Shown piece by piece: positions 12,001 through 24,000 of a stretch of 64,000 nucleotides of DNA (its first letter is position 1; every line of letters starts with the position of its first letter). The stretch is from positions 7,130,001 to 7,194,000 of the forward strand of contig NC_091980.1 of the NCBI RefSeq assembly GCF_044704955.1, given 5' to 3'. This DNA is from Pristiophorus japonicus. Lineage: Eukaryota. The translations under genes were made by a program, and so were the position numbers. A model generated the notes under the pieces. The model did no database searches. It was not told where the DNA came from and saw nothing but the letters and a program-made list of their open reading frames with translations.

Positions 12001-15000
12001 AAGTTGCAAGATCAGCCATGATCATATTGAATGGTGGTGCAGGCTCGAAGGGCCAAATGGACCTATTTTCTATGTTTCCATCAATGGGTCGAGAACAGAC
12101 CCAGACACGAGTTGAGGAACTACCCCGGTGGGAGAGAGCTTCGGGAACCACAGGTCCACAGTCCCCTGTTCCTCCCTAGCTTGCCACCCTCCCCGTGCAT
12201 CAGGTCTCAAATTACTCATATGGTGCATCGCAAGCTATTGGCCCTGAAATTCCGGCATCCCAGTGTCGGTTCGGAGTTCCTACGGACCCGGGAAGGCATC
12301 GGAAATGTCGGTTTCCAACTCACAATGCGCATACGCTGGAAACCGATCTGCCAAGTTTCTGGCTTGACAGATCCTCCGCAGATCGGGAGCGAGGACACTT
12401 GTAAGTGGAAATTTCTGATATTTACGCTCACAAATGTCCTCAAAAATCTTGCGCTTGAAAAAGCCGGAGCATAGCCTATTTTTACAGTCAAATGTTTTAA
12501 AAAACATATAAAAAATAAAGTTATTAAAACATATTTTATCATTAAAAACCCTCCGCACAACGGTAAGCTTATTTAAACATTTTTTTTTTAAATCGGTAAA
12601 TTATTTTTTTTTAAGACATTAATAACTTTAATTTAAATGAATGTAGTGTAATTATTTTCTATTTTTTATTACTGTTTTGGGTGTTTGGGGCTGTGTTTTG
12701 GGTGTTTCGGGCTCTATCACAATCATAGTAAGAGGAGTTTAGGACCCTGCGGAACTCCTGTTACTATGATACCTTACCTGATTGGCTGCCCAGAGCCATG
12801 TGACTCCAGCTCGAGGCCTGCGCATGCGTCGACGTGCATGGGCTGCGACTGGCAGTCAGGGGAGGCCTCAGCATCGGAAAGTCCAACGTGGGCACCAGCT
12901 TAAGGTAGGTGCGTAATTTTTCCCTAAAATGCTCGCGGGAAGGCCAGACCGGAATATTTTCTGAAAGGAATCTATCTCATTAACATGTGACTGAATCAGC
13001 ACCAACTGCTTCCGCCATCTCCCTTGGCTATGTTCCCGCTAAGGCACGCAGTAATCTGAGAGGTCCCACACAGTCCGCCTATCGACTTTTACATTGTAAT
13101 GTGTTTAAGGAGGGGGTCATCATCATAGGCCGTCCCTCGGAATCGAGGAAGACTTGCTTGCACTCTTAACATGAGTCCTCGGGTGACGGAGCAGTCCAAT
13201 ACGAGAGCCACAGTCCCTGTCACACGTGGGACAAGTAGTCGTTGAGGGAAGGGCTGGAGTTGTCCATTCGAGTTCTGACGTTCCAGGTCCCGAACTTCAT
13301 GTTCGAGGAGTGGAAGATGCCCCTGCGCGAGTTCTTTTAACGTGGGGTGGTCGTTGCACACTGGCTACCACACGGGTTTAGCTGAGCAAGGCCTTGGTCC
13401 AGTGGCAAGGGGGTCCAAGACGACTGGAGACCAGGCTCTGCTATATGGGCCCAGTTGCCTACGGCGAGATGTTGGCCACAGGCTTGGCGCTGGGTAGCGC
13501 CCTTGATGGTAGGTATATACTTGCATTGGAGGCCGTTCAGGGCAGGATCACTCGGTTGATTCCTGAGACCAAGGGATTGTCTTATGAGGAAAGGTTGAGC
13601 AGGTTGGGCCTGTACTCATTGGAGTTGAAGAATGAGAGGCGGTCTTATTGAGACGTATAAGATTCTGAGGGGGATTGACAGGGTAGATGCAGAGAGGATG
13701 TTTCCCCTCGTGGGGGAATCTCGAACTAGGGGGCATAGTTTCAGAATAAAGGGTCGCCCATTTAAAACGGAGACGAGGAGGAATTTCTTCTCTCAGAGTG
13801 TCGTGAATCTTTGGAATTCTCTGCCCCAGAGAGCTGTGGAGGCTGGGCCATTGAATGTATTTAAGGCGGAAATAGACAGATGGTTGAACGTTATGGGAGT
13901 AAAGGGGTTATGGGGTGTGGGCGGGGAAGTGGAGTTGAGGCCAAGATCAGATCAGCCATGATTTTATTGAATGGCGGAGCAGGGACAGGGCCGCTAAAGG
14001 ACTAGCGGCCGAGAGCGTCGGCATTTGCGCCGCTTGGCAAATTCAGCGTGCCGGTGCCGGTGGCGCTGAGGAGTGTCGGCGGGAATGTAACACCAGTGTG
14101 CAAAGCCCCGGGAATCGACACGGAGGCAACATTTGATTTTGCGCTGCACCCCCTAATGACCCCGCCAGAGAAGGCCTGGCGTGCAGCGCTGTCCCGGGGC
14201 GCTAAAGGAAGGAATGCCTGCACAAGTTAAGTGCGAGTGTAATTTTTTTTTTTGCGGTTTAACTTTAAAAGAAAAGAAAGACTTGCATTTATATAGCGCC
14301 TTTCAAGACCACCGGGTGTCTCGAAGCGCTTGACAGCCAATAAAGTACTTGTGAAGTGTATTCACTGTTGTATAAGATTATGAGGGGGCTTGACAAGGTG
14401 GATGAAGAGAGGATATTTCCACTGATGGGGGAGACTAGAACTAGAGGGCATAATCTTAGAATAAGGGGCCGCCCATTTAAAACTGAGATGAGGAGGAATT
14501 TCTTCTCTCAGAGGGTTGCAAATCTGTGGAATTCGCTGCCTCAGAGAGCTGTGGAAGCTGGGACATTGAATACATTTAAGACAGAGATAGACAGTTTCTT
14601 AAGGGATAAGAGATTAAGGGGTTATGGGGAGTGGGTGGGGAAGTGGACCTGAGTCCATGATTAAATCAGTCATGATCGTATTAAATGGCGGAGCAGGCTC
14701 GAGGGGCCGAATGGCCGACTCCTGCTCCTATTTCTTATGTTCTTATGTAATGTGAGAAATGCAGCAGCCAACTTGTGCACAGCAAGCTCCCACAAACAGC
14801 AATGTGATAATGACCAGATCATCTGTTTTTCTGTTATGTTGATCGAGGGACAAATATTGGCCCCAGGACACCGGGGATAACTCCCCTGCTCGTTCTCAAA
14901 ATAGTGCCATAGGATCTTTTATGTCCACGTGAGAGAGCAGACGGGGCCTCAGTTTAATGTCTCATCCGAAAGACGGCACCTCCGACAGTGCGGTACTCCC

Positions 15001-18000
15001 TCAGTACTGCCCCTCCGACAGTACAGTGCTCCCTCAGTACTGCCCCTCTGGCAGTGTGGCGCTCCCTCAGTACTGCCCCTCCGGCAGTGCGGCACTGCCT
15101 CAGTACTGCCCCTCCGACAGTGCGGTGCTCCCTCAGTACTGCCCCTCCGACAGCACAGTGCTCTCTCAGTACTGCCCCTCCGACAGCACAGTGCTCCCTC
15201 AGTACTGCCCCTCCGACAGCACAGTGCTCCCTTAGTACTGCCCCTCCGACAGCACAGTGCTCCCTCAGTACTGCCCCTCCGACAGCACAGCGCTCCCTCA
15301 GTACTGCCCCTCCGACAGTGTGGTGCTCCCTCAGTACTGCCCCTCCGACAGTGCGGCGCTCCCTCAGTACCGCCCCGACAGTGCAGCGCTCCCTCAGTAC
15401 TGCCCCTCTGACAGTGCAGCACTCCCTCAGTACCGCCCCCTGACAGTGCAGCACTCCCTCAGTACTGCCTCTCCAACAGTGCAGCACTCCCTCAGTACTG
15501 CCTCTCCGACAGTGCACCGCTCCCTCAGTTGCCTCTCCGACAGTGCGGCACTCCCTCAGTACTGCCCCTCCGACAGTGCACCGCTCCCTCAGTACTGCCC
15601 CTCCGACAGTGCGGCACTCCCTCAGCATTGCACTGGAAGTGTCAGCCTAGGTTTTTGTGCTCAAGTCCCTGGAGTGGGACTTGAACCCACGACCTTCTGA
15701 CTCCGAGGCGACAGTGCTGCCCACTGAGCCACGGCTGGGGTTATTTGTGGTGAGTATTGTATCGGAAATGGGTTTTTTTTTCCCCCGATTCTTTTTTATT
15801 TGCAGGGAGGCCTCTCTCAGGGCACTACGAAGCCGGCTCTTTAGCTCGGGCTATTCAGTTGCTTACCCGGCCTATCGATCTAAGAGAGGTGTGCATCGCT
15901 TCCCTTAGCGCTCTGCTCCACTCTCAGGGCCCAGCAACCAAATTCTGTGGCTGCCATTTTTCGACGCTAAATTTAGCGATTGCCCGGCATTAACGCCTCA
16001 AGAACCCTCCAAACCGAATTTCTCGTCTCGCGGTTTCTCTGGTACCTAACCAGCCGGCCCCCACTGGGCCCTTTGCCCTCCTGCGTTTCCTGTGGATTAA
16101 ACAATCGGTTGCCATAGTTACCCGGCGTTTTCAGCTGGACGTCGGGAGGTCCGGTCTTGGAGGCGCTCATTATCAGCGGCTGCATCACCATGCTGGAGAA
16201 GATCTTTCTCCCTGTCGCACACGGAAACAATGCGGCGGTGTCAAAGGCGTGTGACAAAACGTTGACGCAATCGGAGAGCCAGCGGGAATGGAGCCGACGC
16301 GGAGTTTGCCCGCTTATGCCCGTCACCCCCAACAGCTCTCGCTGACCAACGCTGGCTCCTAGTCCGGCCATGCCGCGAGTGTAAAATTCTCATAATTGCT
16401 TTCAAATCCCACCATGACCTCGCTTCCCCCACCCCCCCAATCCCTATCTCTGTAACATCCCCCCAGCCCTGCAACCCTCCGAGATATTTTTAAATGTGGT
16501 GAGGGTTTCTGCCTCTACCACCCTTTCAGGCCGTGAGTTCCAGACCCCCACCACCCTCTGGGTGGAAAAAGTTCTCCTCAACTCCCCTCTAATCAGAAGA
16601 GCATGAGAAATAGGAGCAGGAGTCGGCCATACGGCCCCTCGAGCCTGCTACGCCATTTAATACGATCATGGCTGATCCGATCATGGACTCAGGTCCACTT
16701 CCCTGCCCGCTATTCCCCGATCAGTTAAGAAGCTGTCTATCTCTGTCTTAAATACATTCAATATCCTTCTACCAATTACTTTAAATCTAAGCCCCCTGGT
16801 TGTTGACTCTACTGCTAAGGGAAACAGGTCCTTCCTATCGACTCTATCCAGGCCCCTCATCATTTTATACACCTCAATAAGGTCTCCCCTCAGCCTCCCG
16901 TGTTCCAAGGAAAACAACCCCAGCCTATCCAATCTTTCCTCATAGCTAAAATTCTCCAGTCCGGGCAACATCCTGGTAAATCTCCTCTGCACCTTCTCTC
17001 ACGCAATCACACTAGAGAGGAGCGGGAGAGGGGGAAATCATTGAACAAAATACTTGAGAAAGAGAGCGATAACATTATGCGACTGATGCGTACCACTGGG
17101 TTTGGGTTTGATTTCGGGTTCGGGTTCAGGTTGGGGTGCGCTGGTTGTTGGAGTCTTCTTCTCCTCCGGCTTTACGAGTTCGAAGAGCAGCCAGTTTCGG
17201 AGCCAGGCTTCAAAGTTCTGTAGACAATACAGTGGAAGACAAAAATATTTTCACACGGTCAGTTAGTTAAACATTTGGAGAGGGCTGACTCCAACTGCAA
17301 TGCGGGATTACTTTAAGCGAGAGAATAATATTTATTCTGCTTGTTAAGTATTGAGGCATCGCTCGTTATCAGTGTCAGTCGTGGCTCAGGGTGCAGCACT
17401 CTCTCGTCTCTGAGTCAGAGGTTGTGGGTTCAAGTCCCACTCCAGGAACTCGAACACATGAATTCAGGCTGACACTCCAGTGCAGTACTGAGGGAGTGCC
17501 GCACTGTCGGAGGGGCAGTGCTGAGGGACTGCCGCACTGTCGGAGGGGCAGTGCTGAGGGAGCGCCGCACTGTCGGAGGGACAGTACTGAGGGAGCGCTG
17601 TACTGTCAGAGGGGCAGTGCTGAGGGAGTGCCGCACTGTCGGAGGGGCAGTACTGAGGGAGTGCGGCACTGTCGGAGGGGCAGTACTGAGGGAGTGCTAC
17701 ACTGTCGGAGGGGCTGTCTTTCAAATGAGACGTTAAACCGAGGCCCTGTCTGCTCTCAGGTGGTCGTAAAAGATCCCATGGCTACTATTTTGTCGAAGAG
17801 CAGGGGAGTTCTCCCTGGGGCCGATATTTATCCCTCAATCAACAAAACAAAAACAGATGATCTGGGTCATTATCATATTGCTGTGTGTGGGAGCTTGCTG
17901 TGCGCAAATTGGCTGCTGCGTTCCGCACATTACGAAAGTGGCCACACTTCAAAAGTACTTCATTGGCTGTAAAGTCCTTTGAGACGTCCGGTGGTCGTGA

Positions 18001-21000
18001 AAGGCACTATATAAATGCAAGTCTTTCTTTCTTTATCAAGCTCAGACCACAGAGTTTCCTCAGTAATGGATCGGAATTTGCGGTCAGTGAGGAGAGCCAT
18101 TGGTCCCCGGAGAAAGCTTCCCGCAAAGGTCTCGCAATCTCTGTGGCCAGAAGTTCGGCTTTTCCGACGTTGAGTTGGGATCAGCGCGAGTTAATGGGGA
18201 ATCCCTGACGCGAGCTGCTGTGTCATCGACAAGCAGCCAATCACGATGCAGGATTCTCACGGACCGGGAACCAGGAAGTGAGTAAGCGCCTTTGATTCTA
18301 ACTTTTTAATATCGAGAGCAAAACAAAAAGATTGGGTCTGCAAATAAAAATGAACAAAAAAATGTTTAATTTAATTTTAAAAATTGTAATTTTTTTATAA
18401 TAGAGAAATTTGACACTCCACAAAATTAAAAATCAGTTTTTCGGTCACTAGACTGTTAAAACCCCCAGTTACACCGGATCCAACATGGCCCAACTTTCAA
18501 TGGGGTATTTAACAGCGAAAAACTCAACAGTTTCACGGATTACAGGCCGTGTGTGTTGGGGGGGGTGGGGGGAGGGGATTGGTGGGGATGGGGGGGGGCA
18601 GAATAGATTTGAGGGGCTGAATGGCCCACTGCAGTTCCTATGCTGTGGGGGAATCAAAAGCTAGGGGTCATCAGTATCAAATAGACAACTAATAAATCCA
18701 ATAGGAATTTACCCAGAGAGCGGTGAGAATGTGACACTCGCTCCCATGGGGAGCGGCTAAGGCGAGTAGCAGTGATGTGATGTGTGTGTGCGCACTAGGT
18801 CCGTGCAGCAGAGCTGGTCTCCAGTCAGTCTTGGTTAACCCTTGCCACTGGACCAAGACCCAGCTCTGTCAGGCCCGTGTGGTGGCTGGTGTGCAATGGC
18901 CACCACACGTTAAAATAATCCACCCACAGGCATCTTCCACCCTCGAGTTCGGGATCCGGAATATTAGGTCCTTCATTGAAACACCTGTGAACTCATCCCT
19001 TTTTTTGGTGGGAGCAAGTCATCCTCGCTTCGAGGCACGGCCTAAGAAGAAGAATTTAAGGGGAAGCTGGATAAACACTTGAGGGAGAAAGGAATCGAAG
19101 GATATGGTGATGGGGTGAGATGGAGATGGGTGGGAGGGGGCTGGTGTGGAGCATAAACACCGGCATAGATCAGACGGGCAAAATGGCACGTTTCTGTGCT
19201 GTAAAAAAAAAAATGTTTTTTTTTTGTTCCGGGATGTGGGCGTCGCTGGCAAGGCCGGAATTTATTGCCCATCCCTAGTTGGCCCTTGAGAAGGTGGTGG
19301 TGAGCCGCCTTCTTGAACCGCTGCAGTCCGTGTGGTGAAGGTGCTCCCACAGTGCTGTTAGGGAGGGACTTCCAGGATTGTGACCCAGCGACGATGAAGG
19401 AACGGCCGATATATTTCCAAGTCGGGATGGTGTGTGACTCGGAGGGGGGAATGTGGAGGTGGTGGTGTTCTGTAACAAAGCATCAAACGGTACGAACCTT
19501 CCAATCAGAATCATTCAGGCTCTCTTTCAGCAAGTTGACGTTGGTGGGGAAGCTGTTGTTGAATTCTGGCATCTCCTCGGTTGCGTTCTCTTTCTGCCAG
19601 TGAAAAGGAGAAGAAAATGTCATGGTCGGCCAACCATTCCTCCAGAGGTACAGTCACACCATGGCTCAATTATGTTAAACCTGCTGTTAAGGTAGAGTTG
19701 GTGCTACTTTCAGACTTCCTTTGAGTCCATCGAATGCTTTTTTTACCCACCTCATAGTTGAGAAAATTGGGCAAAGGGACAAAGCCTGCACTAGCTTGGG
19801 GCATTTTTCCACATTCAAGTCATGATATGAAAGCACGTTGTTGCTATAGAACCATTTGCTCCACCCTGCCTGCGTCCAACTAGTTCCGCACACCCTCCCC
19901 GCTCTTACCCCACAGCCCTGCAGATTTCCCCTTATTAAATCAAAGCTTTAAAATCACTGCTAAGGGCGCAGCTGGAGTATGGCGTCCAATTCTGAGCACC
20001 GCACTTTAGTAAGGATGTTAAGGCCTCAGAGTGGCCGGGGAGGAGATTTACGAGAATGGCTCCAGGGATGAGGAACTTCAGTTACATGGAGAGACTTAGA
20101 GCGGTGAAGGTTAAGGGAATAGAGATGTACATAATTATGAGGGGTTTTGATAGTTTCTCTTTATCTATTCTGTTTCCAGGGGCAGGAGGGTCAGTAACCA
20201 GAGGGACACAGATTTCAGGTAATTGGCAAAAGAACCCGAGGGGGAGATGAGGAGAATATTTTTACGCAGCGAGTTGTTGTGATCTGGAACGCGCTGCCTG
20301 AAAGGTCGGTGGGAGCAGAGCCAATAGCGACTTTCAAAAGGGGATTGGACAAATACTGGAAAAGGAAACGTTTGCAGGGCAGTGGGGAAAGAGCAGGGGG
20401 GAGTGGGACTGATGGGATCGCTCTCTCACAGAGTGGGCGCAGGCACGATGGGCCGAATGGCCTCCAACTGAGCTGTGACGTCCTACGATTCTGCATTCGA
20501 AAGATTACCTTCAGCAGTTCCCGCACTTGTTCCAGCAATGTCAGGGGTTTGGCGGGAGTTGGTTTCGGAGCCTGTGAGACAACAAGCAAAAAAATAACCC
20601 CAAATTATATTTCTTTACGGGTTACAGTAATAAAGTATTTTCAAATCAACATACATCGCACAATCTTGGCCAGGTCAGGTCCTGTCTGGAATATCGGCTT
20701 CAGATCTGGGCACCGTGCTTCAGGAGGGAAATATTGGGTCAGTGGGTACTGCTCGTGCCCGAGTCACAATAGTCCCACTCCAGTAAACCCAAATATAAAA
20801 TCTAGGCTGACACTCCCAGTGCAGTGCTGTCAGAGTACCCGTACTGAGGGAGCGCCGCACCGTCGGAGGGGCAGTACTGAGGGAGTGCTGCACTGTCAGA
20901 GGGGCAGTACTGAGGGAGCGCCGCACTGTCGGAGGGGCAGTACTGAGGGAGCAGCGCACCGTCGGAGGGGCAGTACTGAGGGAGTGCTGCACTGTCAGAG

Positions 21001-24000
21001 GGGCAGTACTGAGGGAGCGCCGCACTGTCGGAGGGGCAGTACTGAGGGAGTGCTGCACTGTCGGAGGGGCAGTACTGAGGGAGTGCTGCACTGTCGGAGG
21101 GGCAGTACTGAGGGAGCGCCGCACTGTCGGAGGGGCAGTACTGAGGGAGCGCCGCATTGTCAGAGGGGCAGTACTGAGGAAGCGCCGCACTGTCGGAGGG
21201 GCAGTACTGAGGGAGCAGCGCACCGTCGGAGGGGCAGTACTGAGGGAGTGCTGCACTGTCAGAGGGGCAGTACTGAGGGAGCGCCGCACTGTCGGAGGGG
21301 CAGTACTGAGGGAGTGCTGCACTGTCGGAGGGGCAGTACTGAGGGAGTGCTGCACTGTCGGAGGGGCAGTACTGAGGGAGCGCCGCACTGTCGGAGGGGC
21401 AGTACTGAGGGAGCGCCGCATTGTCAGAGGGGCAGTACTGAGGAAGCGCCGCACTGTCGGAGGGGCAGTACTGAGGGAGCAGCGCACCGTCGGAGGGGTA
21501 GCACTGAGGGAGCACTGCACTGTCAGAGGGGCAGTGCTGAGGGAGTGCTGCACTGTCAGAGGGGCAGTACTGAGGGAGTGCTGCACTGTCAGAGGGGCAG
21601 TACTGAGGGAGCGCCGCACTGTCAGAGGGGCAGTACTGAGGGAGTGCCGCACTGTCGGAGGGACAGTACTGAGGGAGCGCCGCATTGTCGGAGGAGCAGT
21701 ACTGAGGGAGCGCCGCACTGTCGGAGAGGCAGTACTGAGGGAGCGCCGCATTGTCGGAGGAGCAGTACTGAGGGAGCGCCGCACTGTCGGAGGGGCCGTC
21801 TTTCGAATGAGACGTTAAACTGAGGCCCTGTCTTCCCTCTCAGGTGGACGTAAAAGAGCCCATGGCCACTATTTCAAAGAAGAACAGGGAAGTTCTCCCC
21901 AGTGTCCTGGCACAATATTTATCCCTCAATCAACATAACAAGAACAGATTATCGGGTCATTATCACATTGCTGTTTGTGGGAGCTTACTGTGCGCAAATT
22001 GGCTGCCGCGTTTTGATGTGGTGACGGCCGATGTGTAAATGTAAGTTCTGTCTGTCTTTCCATCTACTGATGTCTTCTGCAGCTGGGCATGGTCTGAAAT
22101 CCCCAGGACAGCCATCGCAAAGTACACGGGTGAACAAAATTAACCGAGAATGGGTGGGAAAGCCCCAAATTGGTGAAATTAGATGCTCTGACCTTAACCG
22201 AAAAACCACAGTCAGTTTGTTCCTCCCACTCCTCAATCAGTATTTCAACGGGGAGATTGTGTTGCAGATTAGATGCAGCAAAGTCAGGCGCTATTTGGAG
22301 AACTTTGTACAACAACAACAACAACGTTGTATTTATATAGCGCCTTTAACGTAGTGAAACGTCCCGAGGCGCTTCACAGGAGGTTTATATGCAATAAAAA
22401 TTTGACACCGAGCCGTATAAGTAGAAATGAATGCAATAGAGGTAGGTTTTAAGGAGTGTCTTGAAGGAGGAAAGAGAGTTCGCAAGGCGGGGAGGTTTAG
22501 GGAGAGAATTCCAGAGCTTGGGGCCCAGGCAACAGAAGGCACGGCCACCGATGGTGGAGCGATTATAATCAGGGATGGTCAGGAGGGCAGAATTAGAGGA
22601 GCGCAGACATCTCGGGGTGTTGTGGGGCTAGAGTAGATTACAGAGATAGGGAGGGGGCGAGGGCCATGGAGGGATTTGTAAACAAGGATGAGAATTTTGA
22701 AATCGAGGCGTTGCTTAACCGGAAGCCAATGTAGATCAGCGAGTACAGGGGGTGATGGGTGAGCGGGACTCGGTGCGAGTTAGGACACAGGGCAGTGAGC
22801 ACAGTGGGTGATGGGTGAGCGGGACTTGGTGCGAGTTAGGGCATGGGACAGTGAGCACAGGGGGTGATGGGTGAGCGGGACTTGGTGCGAGTTCGGACAC
22901 AGGGCAGCCGAGTTTCGGATCACCTCCAGTTTACGTAGGGTAGAATGTGGGAGGCCAGCCAGGAGTGTGTTGGAATAGACAAGTCTAGAGGTAACAAAGG
23001 CATGGATGAGGGTTTCAGCAGCAGATGAGCTGAGGCAAGGACGGAGACGGGCGATGTTATGGAGGTGGAAATAGGCGGTCTTAGTTATGCTGCGGATATG
23101 TGGTCGGAAGCTCATTAAAGGGTCAAACGGTAAGAAAGACTGTTGCCTAGAAGATTTGTGGCAGTATGATCTGAGCAAGTAGCAGGGCCATAGCAAACAC
23201 ATTGTAAAGACCCACTCGCTCCCACCTCCCTCCGCCCCGATCAATGGGGTCTCGGTCCCACTCCCACCAGGATGCTGCATGCATGTCTGCTGTTACCAGG
23301 TGTGCCAACACCAATCGTGCAGAGTCCCAACTGAAGGCTGAGGAGTTAACCCTGACTGAGGATAGGGCCTCTTACCAGTGGCGAAGCCTAGCTTGGCCAA
23401 GTGTGGGGGAGGGATGGGGGTGGGGATCTGACTTGAGATTTTGCCCAGTTGGCATGGAGGGGGCTTCGATTTGGGAATTGCGGAGGTGGGGGTGGGAGGT
23501 GCGGCGGAGATCATCATTATAGGCAGTCCCTCGGAATCGAGGAAGACTTGCTTCCACTCTAAAAATGAGTCCTGAGGTGGCTGGGACAGTCCAATACGAG
23601 AACCAATAGTCCCTGTCACAGGTGAGGCAGATAGTCGTTGAAGGAAAGGGTGGGTGGGACAGGTTTGCCGCACGCTCCTTCCGCTGCCTGCGCTTGTTTT
23701 CTGCACGCTCTCGTTGCCGAGATTCGGCGGGGGAGGGGGGGGGGTGGAGAGAATGCCGACTGGCCCCAGTCCGCAAGCAGAACCGGGAAAGCACCCAGAT
23801 CCGCAGAGCGAACCCAGAGCTCGAGGACGGAGAGGGGGGTAATGGAGGGGAATCCTCCAAAGCTGCGTTGACCGACCTCAAAGGTGAGGAGCTCTCCCTC
23901 CACTGGCTCTGCCACTGGGGCCCCCTAACCCCTGCTTGAGCTGGTGTTTCAGTTGCCTCGACTCCCACCAAGTTCCCACCAGGAGCTCGGGCAGGTTTGC

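Noticed and set aside
20841-21795. 33-bp palindromic repeats resembling a CRISPR array
   Set aside because: Units are head-to-tail with no unique spacers, there are no cas genes, and they sit inside eukaryotic SINEs.
20279-21823. 514-aa ORF and similar HCRRGSTEG / [11 protein letters not shown] repeat ORFs
   Set aside because: By-products of a stop-free 33-bp unit that is open in several frames on both strands; antisense to CD74 or intronic.
21985-22354. Possible additional CD74 exon in unique sequence of intron 3
   Set aside because: Exons 3 and 4 already join in frame, and I found no convincing AG/GT-bounded open segment with CD74 similarity.
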